Shown: positions 37,790-53,232, numbered from the stretch's first letter. The stretch: DNA of 64,000 bases from Phoronis australis (GCA_002633005.1 NMRA01000035.1:538863-602862); one strand, 5' to 3'. A program made the numbers and translations. The notes: generated by a model not told the origin, from the sequence alone.

Positions 37790-40700
37790 TCACAGGTTGA
37801 GCAGGTTATTGTACGAGATGTCTCTCCTCGCTGCCATTAGTGTGTTCTTCATTAACATGGCCACTGTCATGGGCCCCACACCTCCAGGTACAGGGGTGAT
37901 GTAGCTCGCTTTCTTGCTCACACCTGCCAATCAACAGTCGAAGGTTTAGACCACTTGACAGAACCTAGTGAGTCTGTCTGGTACTAGTAACAAGTGCAAC
38001 TAAACAGTACCACGGCAGTACTTACAATAGACAGCTCATGTTGGACACGTTATAAGAGGGGTGACTGTGTCACGAAGATTTTCCCATGAAAGGCGTGACA
38101 CAGCCCAAAAAATGGGAGGCTCAAATTTTTGAGAATGTGGACCATTTACTGAGATTCACGGGGCATGTTCTGAGCTATGAATTGTATATTCACCAAATTT
38201 TGGTAGTTCCTGCGTTTTTAGTGAACCTTTATCTCATTTTCAGAGTTTTTGTTTCTCTGAGGCAGACTTTTTTTGCTCACTTCTTTCAAGCTTCCGAGCC
38301 CCCCAGGGTGCGTGCACGTTAAACACTCCCCGTATGTCAATCAGTTTTAATACAAATTCTATGCTTTTGCTAATTTTTACAGTGATTATAGCATCACATT
38401 TTGAAGTGAACAGCAGTTCTACAAATGTACACAGACACATTAAGCTTGACCGTCACCGTAATGCCACTTTCAGTTGACTCACCTTCGAAATCAACATCAC
38501 CGACCAGTTTTGACTTGCCAGTCTTCTCACACTTGACTCTGTTGATGCCGACGTCGATGACGGCCACGCCCTCTTTCACCATGTCAGCCTTGATCAAGCC
38601 TGGAATGCCAGTGGCCACGACGAGTATGTCGGCTGACTGACAGAACAGTCGCAGCTGTTCTGGAGGCGTGTACCGGTGGCAGATGGTAGTGGTGCAGTCA
38701 CCTGTGTGCGGATACGTAGACGGTGAGAATCTTGCAATTCGACACCGATGGCCCAATATAGAAAACAAGTAGGGCATTGATATCGTCCTAAGACAGGTGT
38801 ATAATTCCAAAACGTACTTCCTGAGGATAAAACAGCTAAAATATACACAAAAAAATGGAAAGCATTTTTTAACTGGTGCTACCTATGGCATAGTAAGACC
38901 TAGAGACGAGAGCTACACCTCAAATGCGAGGAAACTCCTCATTGCTTATTCTGTCGCAATCGGCTCACTTACATAAGCAATGTGGATTTTCCTAGCAAGG
39001 ATGAGAGGTGAACACCTCACTTGTATTTCTTTCACCTCGCAAGCATAACTCTTCAGAGGTGAGCTAGTACTTAGTTGCTGAATACCTTCGGTAGCCAATG
39101 AAAACTAATTATTACACCACTGGGCATCAGCAAATTTATCTCGCTAGCTCATTTTAACTCTGTGAACTACATTTACGCTGATTACTAAGCACGTAGTTTA
39201 CAGGTCTGTCGAGTATTTAGTCTCGCTATTCATATTATTATTCTTATTGTTGCACGGGATAGACTTTTTGAAGTTATTTACTTTGACCAGAGCTACACAA
39301 CAACAAAATCCAATGTGATTTGTTGAGATTTTATTACAAATCGCCAATTCTCATATTTACCAAACGTTTGCTGAAATCAAGGCTGGAGATTTTACCAATA
39401 AATAAAGAATCTGCTTAAAATACTCTGCTGCCATTCAACCCATGGGATTTGGCTAAGCGGTAATGCAGGGCTGGAGGGTTTGATTCTGTACAATGGCTAA
39501 ATTCTGAAAATTAATTTTCTCGCTGAGAATACCCTTTTAAGCCAATTAGCTGAACTCAGCTAGCTCTTCCTCTGTGTGTCAAGCTTTATGTTATATAATT
39601 ACCTGCATTTGTTTCTCCAATGCCATCAGCGTGAAGTAACATCGAGATAGGCATGCCTACGTTCTTTGATCTCCCACATACAACAGCATTCTTGCCAAAT
39701 GTCTCGATCCCTGAAAAGACATTTTAAAGTTTACTAAACAAAACAAACACTTCTATAAATTAAAATGCCCAACAATGTTGTGTTAGGTGTACTCTTTCTA
39801 GTCTTACCAACCTGCAGCTAACAAATGTGAATATAAGTGGTCTGACCTACGAAGGTGTTACACACCAGAAGGACCTTCAGTTTAACATGAAAATACCACA
39901 AGTCAAAGGAACTGCTGGTGGTACAAAAATGTTTTTCATCCACTTTAATCCATGTCTTGATGTTAAAATCATCAACTTTCTTGACAGGCATATTTGCTTT
40001 TCCAACACAGTGTCGTCTAAATTCAACATTCTTATCTTCTTGACTACTTGAATTAAAACTGGTTATAATAAATCCCAGTGTAATTCATCTGCCAGCCACA
40101 CTGGTTTGGAGGCTGAAACACGTTGTTTTATGGCAGAAGGCTCAGGGTTACTGGTCCTTAAAGCATGGAGCTGTTTACCACTGATATAAGAAAAAGTTTC
40201 CACAATTATATCAAACATTGTTTGCATGGACAGTCAGCCACACAGGTCTGGAGGCCAAAACTAGCTGGTTTTTGACAGAAGGCTCAGGTTTGCAGCTCCT
40301 TTAAATCACAAATCAGTTTACCAAAAGGAAATATTTATTTCCACAACTACAAAGTAACACAGTTTGCATGGACAGTCAGGCACTTATGCTTGATACCTAC
40401 TGCACCCTTACAGCAATTCTCCACTTATTTCGCACAAAAACAAAATTGCCAAAGTTGTCATTTTCTGTTTCTTCAACGCTGATTACTTTACTGCAAATAA
40501 CGGAAAATTTACCAAAAGTTGTCTCAAGACATCCACACACTATAAACCATGCTAGTGGTGGACTAAAATTTTCTTGATCATTATTTTTTTGGAGAAATTT
40601 GAAATAGAACTTCGCTTGCCGGCCATGTTGTGTGCTGTATAAGCACACAGTAGTGACTGTAGTTTCTTGTGACTTAAGAACAGCACCAAAATTTCATATG

Positions 40701-43700
40701 GATCTCATTATTTGAATCGAGGCTGACACAGCGGGACCACTGACGACATATTCTGCTTTAGAAACTACTGTGGCTTTTTTCTTGTATCAGAAACGATTCT
40801 TTAGTGCATAAGATGAGCGCGGGAAACTCTTGAGCTGCTAAATTTTAGCATGTGCATAGTCAATGTTGTGTTGCGTTGCTCTGACTGTGTGTGATTAAAG
40901 AGGTATATCATAACACAGACATGTATCTTATCTTGATGACATACTTCTGCACTCATAACTGATAATAAGCCAGCAGATAACAGGATAAACAGCAGGAGTC
41001 CACCGATTACGCAATTAACATTTAGAACCTAACAAAAATCTTGCTTTGACTATTCTGTACAAATTTTAAGACACAAATTAGAGACAAACTAAATATCCTC
41101 TACTCTAGTAACAGCAACGAACAGGCAAGGGACTCGTCATGTGATAGCACTTGCAGCCAATCAAGTGCAAGCAAATGATACATTTTCCCCGAAAACTGAG
41201 GGTGTGCCGGAGTAACACCAAAGCAAAAACCTGCACCAAACAACGTTCCAGAGCAGAGTGCGAGTGTCCAATGTTCAGTGGCAATGGGTTAGTGGATTTA
41301 GGGTAAAAGTCGACCTCTCTTACTGCAAGACTAGAAACACTAACTGTAGACAAAACAGTTTCCTACAATAACTGACTGTGCAAACACAGTCAGGGTTTCA
41401 AGTATCATAATGGTCAAACAAGATTCGGTGTGCAAACAATGAAAACTCTAACCAAAAGACATGCAGGGCACTGTATTATGGTGTCCTGTTCAAAACCTCA
41501 CTCGTGGCAAGAGCCTGCACTGTCACTCAGTGGTTTATCAAAAATATAACATCTTAGATAGGGTCGGTGTCACTGGTTCATACTGGAAATTTCGTTATCG
41601 GCTGAAGCAACAATCACCAAGCCAAACTAGGTGGAATACGCTGGTTTTTGTTTACTATAAGTGCAAGACCAAAACAAAAGATAGGACTTCATATTGCTGT
41701 GCGATAGCATGGAAACTGGTTTGAACTGGACAGGTTCTTATCGCAAATGTTATCAAAGGGACACTTAGATCACTACAAAACAAACATTAGATTAGACAAA
41801 ATGAACATGTCCATTCCACCAATATGGTTTGCATGGACACATCTACCTGCAGGTTGTTTACAGGGATTTAGGGAAAACTGAGGGGAGTTTGAAAACCGCA
41901 ATTCATGCACACTTTGAGCACTTGTCCTTCAGAGTACATTATACAACATGCGGGTTCTTTTTAATTTTTATTCAAATGCACGATTTATTCGCAAAACTGT
42001 TCTCCTAGCTATGCAGGTTCGACAAACTGAGCACAGACCCAGACTGAGGAGAACAGACACACATACATGCAAAACTCCATTTATCGTCAAATAAACATTA
42101 AATAGGTCTTCATCGGCGCAATTAAATTAAGACTGCTCAACAAGTAAAAAGTGAGTAAAATATGATACCTTTTGCCCAAACAAACCTGAATGTATACAAC
42201 AAACTGTCACAATATGTGAGTTTCATATGCTATACGTTCATATCATATGCAGTGCGATAAGGCATACAAACTTTATTCCAAAGACAAAAGATTGTAGAAA
42301 CAGCTTATTTGACTTAACTTGATATGTAAACTGAAACTTCCTTTGTTGGTACCTTTGTTTTCCATACAAAATTGAATAAACAAAAATTTCAACAGTCATG
42401 CTGGTTGTAGGATTTGCTGTGTCTAAATTCAGCAACAGTCCTTTGATTAACCCTGTAAATAGTGTTGACTGAAACGTGACCATAAATCAATTTTCAGCTA
42501 TGAACCAGCAAAATGACAACATCCAATGACATGTAAAATCAGATCGGAGAAACTTGGACAAATTAAAATAATACTATTATGCAGTACCATCTGCAGACCA
42601 ATGTGTGGGAACACATTAGTCAAACGTATTTGTCTCTGATAAATCCACAGTATCAAGGTCACGCTACAATCTGATTTGGCCAGCTATGAACGCTGGTGTT
42701 GTAACAACAGAATTAATGTAAATACAAGTGAAACTAAATAGATTTGTATGGCCTCTAAGAAAATAACAACACAGACAGGGTTTAAAATTAGATCTCAAAT
42801 TCGTGGAAGTTTCTGAGAAATTACTTGGTGACAACACATTACTATGGAGTGACAATGCTTCTGAGGTTGTCTCTAGAATGCGACAGAAACTCTGGATTTT
42901 AAGACGTATCAGCCCCTACCTCCATAGAGAGGGCAAACTGAGGAATTTTTAGCTCCTGTATATTGTACAACTAGTTTGATTTATAAGCTTTTAAAGGTGC
43001 AAACACAGGCTGCCATGGTCATTCTGGGTGTCCCATTATGTACTCCATCCGGTCAGATGTTCCCGGAGTTAAATTGGATACCCACTCAAAAGTTTTATGA
43101 ATTCAGACGGTTGTGTATGGTTTCTAAGCCTTACTTCAGTGATGCACCAGAATACCTGACCAGAAATATAGTATCAGTTCGCTCCACTGTACTCGTTTTG
43201 CCTCACAACATAGCGTTCCGATACCTAGGCATAGGACTGCTTTTTATTCAAGGCATTTGTTCATGACATTCAGGACTGGAATGATTTCCCAGATCAAATT
43301 AAACACATAACTAAATAGTTTAGCAAAAATGTTACAAGGAATTGCTGTGATGTGCTGACCAGTATTAAGTATTACAAAGAATTTCGGTAAAAGTGAAATG
43401 GGACACAAAACACTTATAATTCACTTTTCGTGGAACAAGTAGCAGACCACAAAACCCACTGGTGATTGCTCGAAAATTAACCAATCACGTACCGAGCAAA
43501 CTCTGCAAAACAAATTTTCATTATTCAATTTTTCTCGCCTCAAGTCAAGTTTGGTAATCATGGCTCACTGAGTGTATGAACAAGTATAGTGTAATTTTTG
43601 CTCCGAATTACGTAGCCGAACTCACCTGTTCTGCGGATCATCTCCATGACTCCAGAGGGCGTGGCGGGCATGAGTGCATTGAGATCCTGGCAGAACCGAC

Positions 43701-46700
43701 CGACATTGACAACATGGAAGCCATCCACGTCCTTACTCGGTGCTATGGAGTTGCAGACAAGGCGCTCATTGATATGTGCCGGTACGGGTAGCTGAACAAG
43801 AATGCCGTCCACATTCTCGTTGCTGTTGAGTGAGTTGACCAGCCGTAGCACCTCCGCTTCGCTGACTGATGATGGTAGCTTTATCGTCTCGCTGGTGATG
43901 CCTAGATGGACATAGGTTAAATACAAGATTAATTCAGTTCAGACTAACACACTTTTACCAGGTGACTGCCATAACAGTTAAGACAAGGAACCCAAACGTT
44001 AATGGGATTATATTGTCAAAAAATGCTTCAAAGAGTTGAGTATTTGGTCAAAACAGACGCAGAATATTCTATAACAGCACTCTTGGGTGAAGTTTCTCAA
44101 GTTTTAATGCAGTGGTCCTCCCACAGGAGTTTTGACCTAGATTAAGACCAAAAATGGGCACATATACCATAACCACTTCCAGCCCTTACTCTCATTCTTG
44201 GCTATCAAAATGGGAAGGTGCACCTATACTTGAATAAAACAAAATAAAAATGCACTTGGGTGCACATTTTGCCTGATAACAATGAGCAGAGAAAACACAC
44301 GAGTCGTCATCTGAAACTAGGTGGCATTTGTCACATTCTAATGATATTTTCAATTTATAACTTCGCAACAGGTGGTGAAACTGTAGTGAATATGCTAACC
44401 TAGACCGAAAATCGGTCCAAGTTATGGCCGAAGACCAAAAACCGACTTTGTGTCCATGAAAGTCCTTTTTTGAATTTTCATCTTCAATCTTAATTTGGAT
44501 ATTTTTTGTATTAAGACTTAGTCACCTTTCAGGAAATAGGCCTTGGGTTATTTTATCAGTTTTATTTTGGTGTGTGCTGCACCCGCCAAAAACATGCGTT
44601 TTAAGATACCTGTGTGATCAGATGCCTTTATCTTATTCTTTACGTAAGTGTGACTGGCTGGGTCATCTCCGACCAGTACCACGCTCAGGTGTGGTCTGCG
44701 GTTTCCCATGGCGACCCAGCCTTCCAACTCCATCCGCACTTCATCCTTTACCTGTTTCGCCAATGCTTTACCATTTATGATCTTGGCTGTGTGTCTGAAA
44801 TAGAAGGAAAATATGCCATCTTCAACAACAAACAATAATCCTTCAGTTGAAGCTATATTCTAGTGCTCAAATTAACAACCTGGATACAAATGATAATTTT
44901 TTATTTTTGTGACAACTGTGAGGCACAAACTATGCTACCAACAGACTTCATCATTCCTAATTTTTATTTTACAAACTTAAGAAAATGAAACAACATTCCA
45001 CTTGTTTGCTATGTTGTGCGCTAAATAAGCCAAGAATTTCTGCATGGTACCAGAATCAATTTTAGAAAGATGCACATTTCCTGAAAGTAGAGCCTCTGTA
45101 AAATTTTGATTTTTGACTTTACACAAACCACCTGGGTCTCGTGACCATGTGTGTTAGCAAGCAAGTAAGGTACATTCAAAGCTAAACATCGACATCAATA
45201 ACATCACCAGATTTTGTTTGTTATAAACGTGAAATCTCACAAATCTTGGTACAGTTTTCTAAATTATCACTTAGTTTCCGTTTTATTCAACTTTTGATTT
45301 GTTTCATAAAAACCATAAAAGCCCCACTTTTTGATAACCTGTAATGTCAGAATGGAACATTTTAAAAACAATTCCTAACAGAATTTTGGAGAACAGAGCA
45401 AAAGATTAATACAAATCCATTAAGCCATTTCAGAAGGTATACAGCCAAATTTGCTCATTTTTCTAGGGTCTTTGGAACTCAGACCCTTAGTATACATAGT
45501 ATGTATGGTTGAAAGTGGGTTATGTGACCTTTTGACCTGAATCAAAGAGTGACCTTGACAAGAAGACCAGGTAGAATTTCTTTTAATTCACAACAGGGCC
45601 TTTTGGGCTTTCGGTGGACTAGCAGTCTTTCTAGACCACGATAATTTCGAGCCCAATGTGAAAGCTGATTAAGACCAGTGTAAATTTAGGACAGCACCTA
45701 AGATAGTATACTCGACTAGCGAGCAGGTGTATTTTTAGAAAAATTACAAAGCCAGGAAGGAAAAGATAAGTGTCAAGGAATTATGAGTTGTATTGATATT
45801 GACATAAATGAGAGTGTTAAAGGCTTAGTAGACTTGCTTCAGTCATGTGGAGCGGGCATGCTCATGAGGCAAGACAGGTGTGTAAGTAAACCACGTAGAC
45901 CTGCATGGTTTGACGGTGAGTCTAAGGAGATGAAACTACAAAAGAAGCGTCTACTGAGAAAATTTAGGGTGTCTCGGAGTGACTTAGACCTGAGAAATTA
46001 TCTTGCTAGTAGAAATGAGTACAAAAAGTTATGTAAGTAGACGAAAACGCGATTCTATACCGATAAACAAAGTGAGCTTTGTGAGTCAGTGGGGGATCCT
46101 AATAGATTTTGGAATATTATAAAACAAAGCCTGTCAGAGCCAGTACACACTACAAAGCCTGATAATAATAATATTACTGAATTGGAGTGGTTTAGATATT
46201 TCAGTAACCTGTTTGATAATAACAGAGCAGAAGGTCGCAGTGAAACTTTTGATGACCTAGATAGACAGACTCTTGATGAGCAAGACCCACAGTGTGAGCG
46301 TTGCAGGCACCCACAGAGTTAGCGTGATGTAACCAGTGCCTTTGACATGGGTGAACTAAGGGTATAAGGGTAGATGAAATAGTAAGGGCGATTAAGAAAC
46401 AAAGGAATGTTAAATCTCCCGGAGAAGATGGCATACTGGCTGAATTCTATATTAAGTGTTTCCCTGAGGTCCTAGTAGAACTTCTCCATAAACTTTTTAA
46501 TAGAATTTTCAATACCGGGCATTATCCATCCCAGTGGTAAAAAAGTATTAATGTGCCATGTTACAAAAAAGGGGAAAATTTAATCCAAATAATTACAGAG
46601 GGATCTCTGTTAGTTTTAATAAAATTTTTACAACTATTCTTTATTTTCATATAATTGAACGGTCGAATAACACGAAATGTGTCCCGGAAGAACAAGCTGG

Positions 46701-49700
46701 CTTTAGGACTGGGTACTATACAATCGATAACATTTTTAACCTACAGTGTATCATCCAGAAACATGTCACTAAACGGAAGGGGAAAGTATATTGTGCATTC
46801 ATTGATTTTAGTAAGGCATTTGATAGTGTAGACATTTCCTGTTCATTTTATGCCCTTTTACCCAAAGGTTTGCATGGAAAAATATTTAACATTTTGCACC
46901 ATATGTACGACTCTATACAATTGTGTGTTATGGTACAGTCCCAGACCACACCCTATTTCAACTACACAGTTGGTGTCCGGCAAGGATGTGTTTTAAATCC
47001 ATGGCTGTTCTCGGTGTTTGTTAGCACACTAGTGTCTGATATTAGACAGAATGTAGGCAAAGGTATACGTGTTTCTCCGGGTTGTGATATAGGTTCTCTG
47101 TTTTTTGTTGATGATCTAGTGCTGGTGTCGAATACTGTTGCTGGGCTACAGATGAAGCTCAGTGTCCTCGAAAAGTTTTGTCGAGATTGGAACTTGCAAG
47201 TTAATTTGGAGAAAACGAATGTTGTGGTATTTATGCGAGGGGGCATACTTTCAAGTAATGAAAGGTGGGTTTTTGGTGATAAGAAAGTAGATACCAAATC
47301 GTACTACAAGTACCTAGGAGTCACATTCTCCTGCAGACTTAAATGGACAGTGTTGTAGAATACTTGCAAGTGAAGCTCGAAAAGCAATGAACGTTATTAA
47401 AGCCACTCTGTCAAAATTTAACTGTATTTCCCATGGAGTGCATTTTAAACTCTTTGACTCTTATGATAATGCCCATGTTAATTAACATATGGTGCAGAAA
47501 TATGGGGAACATCAATGTGTGAATCTATTGAAAAAGTTTATAATGATTTCTGTAAACATGTTCTGAGATTGAGTATTAAAACGCAAAATGCCATGGCTCG
47601 TGGTGAATGTGGGAGACAATTGTTAATTACAAAATGTGTAAACCAATTATCTATTGGACAAAATTACTGGATATGGAAGAACATAGGTACTCACTGAAGT
47701 GCTATAGTATGCTTAGGGAACAAAGTGAAAATGGTAATTGTAACTGGACACACTGTGTCAAAGAAATTTTGTACAGGTACGGCTATGGAGAAGTGTGGTT
47801 ATTTGGCCCAGGCAATAGTGCTGAGTTTATTATGGTATTGAAACAGAGATTACTGGATTGTGGCGTACAAGAATAGCAACTGGAAATAGGTAGCTCACAT
47901 AAATATGAATTTTATAGACTTATTAAACGTGGTCTTGTCAGCGAGCAATATATAAATTGCTTAAGCGGCCTATTCGAGAAAAATACTTGCGCAATTTCAG
48001 TGTTCAGGTCACTCACTTAATATAGAGAAAGGGAGACATATGGGTATTCCTAGAAGTGAGAGAAAATGCGGTATATGCTGTCTGGGTGAAATTGAAGATG
48101 AGCCTCGTTTCATGTGTCGATGCCCTGTTCTTGGAGACATTAGAAGAAATCTTCTTCCAGAGCTAATGTTAACTATTCTCTTGTTAGGTTATTCCAACAG
48201 AAAAATCATGGCAGTATCCAGCGCCGCACATTGTATATTCAGAAGGCTATGGCTTTAAGAGAAGAACTGCTCTCCGTGTAAATAATCTGAATATACGTTT
48301 GAATTTATGTATTTATGTATGAGTAGGCAAAGCCTACGATGTACAATAAACATTATTATTATTATATTATTATTATTATTACTTTATCAGATCAAATCGA
48401 GATTCTGATAAGGGCAGTTGGATTTTGAGGTAAACCAATTAAGTGACAAAAATGAAAGGTGCAATCATACAACAAAACAACAACACCAAAACAAGACCTA
48501 ATTTCTGTTAAGACGTACAAATAATCAAGAAGAAGAAATCTCAAAAATGCTGTGACAGCTTCTAAATTACCATTTGGTTTTCATTTTATGCAACTAATGA
48601 CTTTTACATGAAATCAAAAATCTTGTTTTTATAGCCTATCTTGCCAAAATGGATCCTTTAAAGCATTCCTAATGGCGTTTTGGAGAATAGTTCAAAAGTC
48701 ATGTGAATCCATTTAGCCAAGTTTGGCCATTTTTCTAGGGTCCTGCTACATAAACTTTAATGGTTCTTTTAAATTATTGGAACTCTGCCCACTAGTATAT
48801 TGGGTTATTTGACATTAGAACCTAACTCAAGAGTGACCTTGGATAGAAAAGGTGCATTCACAGGTTATGTAATAGAGCCCAGGTTATCCATCAGGCATCC
48901 AAACAAATGAGAAACTCCAGTGGCACAAAAAGGATGGGGCAAGAGAATTGCTTGATGGACGTAGCAACATTGTGGATAAATAACATGAGATTTAAGTGTC
49001 GCTTTGTAATCTAGGACCGCTTTGTAATCTAGGACCGCTTTGTAATCTAGGACCGCTTTGTAATCTAGGACCGTCCTACTCTTGATCGACACTGCTGACC
49101 ACTGAAGTCATGGGTTCGAATTTGTCTAGGGGCTAATCTCAAGTTGACAACATTGTGGTGAATAACACAAGTCCCTTCAAACTTAGAAGTTGATTTGGGT
49201 TTACTTATTAACAGGTCTCCTTTTCATTCAGATCCAGTTGAAACTGGTTTACAGGTTCACCAGGAAAAGCCCGGTGGCTTGGCAAAACCACAAAGTAAAC
49301 AAGGCTACTAATGTTCAACTATTCAGCATCATTTAATCAAAAGAGTTGTGAACACCTAATAACATGGATTTGACATTGCATATGATTTCTAACAGGAAAT
49401 ACAACTTTTTTACTTTTTACATTCATGTCATAAAGGATAAACGATTGTATTGCATGAAAAGTTACCAAGTCACAACATTACAGAGAAATTATGCAACAAA
49501 ACAAAGCAGATCAATATGTTCTAAACACAAACTGGAAGTAGAAAGTGAAAGACAAATAGTATGCATGTGACAAATGAAGACAAAATACCACTAACTCCCT
49601 GGTGACAGCTAATTCAGCTAACAGCAAAAATGAAAGAATGGCATATAGCTACCATACTAACTTGCCTGTTTTGGTCATGAGGGACGGTTACTCCGCTGAC

Positions 49701-52700
49701 AATGAATTTGACTTTCGACCAATCATCATGATGGAGAATTGCTGGCCATTTTGTCTGAATACTTTGAGAATTCCAAAGACATTGTATGGCAGGCAATGTT
49801 CCAAGACAAATATTTTTAAACTAAATCTGCATTAAATGACTTTACAGTTATCACTTTTAGGAGTTTTGACTCAACGCAGCCACATTGGTAAAACTACCTC
49901 TAAATAATGGAAATGCGTACATGCTTCGAAAACTGCAAGTCATGCCCCAACTGCAAGTCATGCCCCAACTGCAAGTCATGCCCCAACTGCAAGTCATGCC
50001 CCAACTGCAAGTCATGCCCCAACCGCAAGTCATTCCCCAACTGCAAGTCATGCCCCAACTGCAAGTCTTCTTTAACACGGCTGTCACAGACAGATGTTAA
50101 ACAAGGAATTGCGCACAGCAGAACATTTCCCTACATGGATGTGTGAAAATCGGGGACAAAATTCAAGGAAATATGGTTTAAATCGCAAAATGCCAAAGAT
50201 TTGCCCTATGACACTTCATATAGTATAGTTATGAAAGTTTGGCTGACATCCTATGAGCAATGTACGAGTTAAGAACAGAACATTTCTCTGTACGGACGGA
50301 CGGAATGACACCTATTACAACTATTTCTCGTTCACCTTTGGCAGGAGAAAAAAAAAAAAACTCACTGAAAGTTGAAGGCAGAAGGTTCTAAAATTGGCTT
50401 CTCTCTTGCTTGTGTTAAGGGATCATTTCTGAAAAAGAAAACAGAAAAAGTTAAGAGGCAAATAAGTTTAACAGAACTAAACATTCATGTAAACTTTAAC
50501 CTGGTTATAAACCTTCATTTCATCACATTAAATAACTTTTTCATTTAAACCATGAAATTGGATTGCTCCACAAACAAATTGGACGGGATTTCTGAGCTTA
50601 ATAAAGAACTGATAGATTGTTACAGATCAACAAGTTGGCATGTCACAGCATGTCACAGCATGTCCTTCTATGTGCCAAGTATGGTTTCTTACTAGCTTCT
50701 AGGGATAACAAACTGTCTTTGGGAGGCTGGAAATCACCTCTCATCTGAATAAAAGTTTCAAGTTGAGACCAATTTTACTAGGGTAAAGGGTCTAAACCAA
50801 GAGTTCGCTTCTTTGATAGAAAGCAAATTCATAACTGCTGTCATAGGTTGATTATCAACCAATTTGGTTAGACTACAATATATCTAAGTAGCTGCTGTCC
50901 CCGTGTATTTTGATAAAATTTCTCGGTACTAGTCCATGTAAACATGGTGGAACTCAGAAAATATACCGGCCAAATCGTGTACCAATGCAAATATTTTTCA
51001 AAAAGTTTAGCAGAAAAAATAATGAGATTACTTCCACTAAATTCTACATGGGAACGGCACTGGTGACTAGGCACACAACTCACAACACACGCACTCACAC
51101 ATCAACTTTTGAAAGCAATGAAAGGCATTCTGTTCGGTTAGGAAAACGTTGAATGCACGACGCAGAGCGAGAACATGGTCCAAGGATAATACTAGTCTGA
51201 TGGAGGATAATATAGTTTTAAATACATACTCTTCTAGATCATACATGCAATCACTCGGATATGAGATCATACTCTAACAGTTAACAACGCCACAATAAAC
51301 ACAACTTATGAAAGTTACATTTAAGAAAGCAACTCAACTGCAAACACAGTCATAATCCACCGTGAAAACTTACACATTTCCATTGAGGTCACTGAGATTC
51401 CTGGAAATTCAGTAAATTTCCATTTAGTCACTAAAATGATACGATTTTCTAGTCAATCAAAATTTGTTTGTTAAAAGAGGAACATATGGAATAAGAATGA
51501 CACTTGATAACAACGAGGCCTTCGTTCATTCAAGGGGAAAGGTGCCTGTGCCTTCTAAGAGTGAAATTTTTTGGGGTGAGGGGAAAGTTCTATCCCTCAA
51601 TCACCATCAATAGCACCACCCACCTTGTTGCAAGCCCTCAAAGGCAGAGACTGCCTCAAGTAGCCAAAACTTGCATTTTGAGCTCTTTCAAATTGTCACC
51701 TGTGTAAGTTACAAGTGATTCAAATGTTGAGGGGAATTTTTCAATCACTTGATGGGAATTTTTTTGGCCTTATGAGGGGAATTTTGCGTGATTTTTCAAT
51801 ATTTTTAGAGGGGAATGGGACAGATATTCGTCCACAAAATCAAGGGATTGAGGGCCCTGAAAACTCTAATAATAGCTCTCGCCGAAAAAGCGATTGGCTG
51901 AATGCGAAGTAGGCTACTAAATACTTTTACCCCCAACGCATTTGGAAGTTATGAAGACTTATCAACAAGTCCAGGTGTCATAGATATCAATGAAACTACA
52001 GATAGAAAATAGAAAGCCTGCAGAATTAATGAATGACCAGGAAGAAATCTCAAAAACCTTTTTTAGTTTTCTAATTGATCATTTAATTTTTTAATTCTAC
52101 ACAGCTTTTGATTTTTTCAAAAATAATTAAGTATCCCTTGATAGCTCTTCATGCAAAATTGCAACATCTTGAAAAGCAATCCTTCAAAGCATATTATAAA
52201 ACGATGCACAAAGTACAGTACAGTATCTGAAAGTTTTAATATGAGGCTGATTGGCCATTTCTGAGATGATGTGTTCCGAAGTTAGTCAAATTTTTCTATG
52301 GTCCTTCATGAATTTAGAGCAAGAAAGTCGCTACGGATACACCAGCTATGATACACCAGCTATATGACTCTGCATTTCCTTGACTTCACATCAACTGAAA
52401 ATTGCTTAATTTAGAAACTCTAGTCTTGAATGGCAGATGTCTGCAGCCTTTTAATCAAGGACATTTCCTGTCTCATAAGGCCACAATGGTGAAAGCTTTG
52501 CATAAACTAACACATGAAACAGATATCATCAGGTCACATTGTAATAAGAAACATGTCCAAGATCAATGACACATGAACAATTGTTCAATCTCTAAGCGAT
52601 TTAATTTGCAGTCACGGTTTTGCTCTTAGAACACACCACTGGGTCATACTTTCGTGGTCCCTGATTTATAAAACAAATTTCATCTATTAATTGCCTGGAT

Positions 52701-53232
52701 GGATCAATCAAGGACTACTGTATCCAATCCAACCAGTGTCAGAGTTAGATTCATTTGTCAATTTCAGTTCAAGTTTTGTGACCTTGGAATGGACATCGTC
52801 GCCACGCATCGAATATCTTAAAAATTGGCAGCTGGCGGCAGCACTTGGTGTGTATGAACGAAGTCACTGGCTTGGGAAAGTTTGCTTGAAATCGGTTGAG
52901 AAACAAACGTTTTTGAACGATTCACACACCTCTGAATCAGATGAAAATGCGAGTAATGGCCAACTCGAGTAGAAAGGATACACAACGACTAGAAGGCATA
53001 CATGTACACGTTGGTCTGCGCGTAGGCGTTCGGTTGGCTGAGCCAACGTGTATTTTACACAACTTCAATGAAAATAAGTATAGAACGGGGTTTCCTCAAG
53101 CCTAAAAGAAGTAGTATGTATAAAAACATCATACCTTGTAGAATTTGTGCTGAAAACTCGTTGTGAGTGTGGATTCAATTCAGAAACCCGCCGTAGAGAT
53201 GAACGTAGGCAACGAAAACACGGACCAGCCAT
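37790..53232 (-). CDS. MTHFD2: Mitochondrial bifunctional methylenetetrahydrofolate dehydrogenase/cyclohydrolase (MTHFD2/Nmdmc-type), 6 exons, 339 aa
   Basis: Exons are 53232-53135 (Arg/Ser-rich mitochondrial presequence), 44794-44610, 43901-43626, 39710-39603, 38701-38483 and 37923-37790, totalling 1020 nt and phase-consistent. Motifs: [90 protein letters not shown]. Confidence 0.96.
42820..43330 (+). mobile_element. 3' fragment of a decayed L2/CR1-group (Crack/Daphne-like) LINE in MTHFD2 intron 3
   Basis: Remnant peptides [31 protein letters not shown] and [33 protein letters not shown] resemble the post-RT region of this group. Confidence 0.6.
45640..48380 (+). mobile_element. 5'-truncated, degenerate RTE-X-like LINE, antisense within MTHFD2 intron 1
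   Basis: Motifs: [69 protein letters not shown] and C-terminal [20 protein letters not shown]...CRCP. It ends in AATAAA plus an (ATT)n tail at ~48345-48380 and has several stops and frameshifts. The left boundary is approximate. Confidence 0.9.
49001..49072. repeat. Minisatellite 4 x 18 bp
   Basis: GCTTTGTAATCTAGGACC repeated 4 times. Confidence 0.95.
49931..50067. repeat. Minisatellite ~7.6 x 18 bp
   Basis: AACTGCAAGTCATGCCCC repeated, with one variant unit. Confidence 0.95.

Noticed and set aside
46558-47358. Active RT, retron or DGR-type system
   Set aside because: The RT motifs are non-LTR type, the catalytic motif is degenerate and the flanking frames are broken. It is a dead LINE.
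49857-50146. Metallothionein-like CKSCPN-repeat ORF
   Set aside because: Translation of an 18-bp intronic minisatellite that is open in several frames. There is almost no synonymous variation to indicate coding selection.
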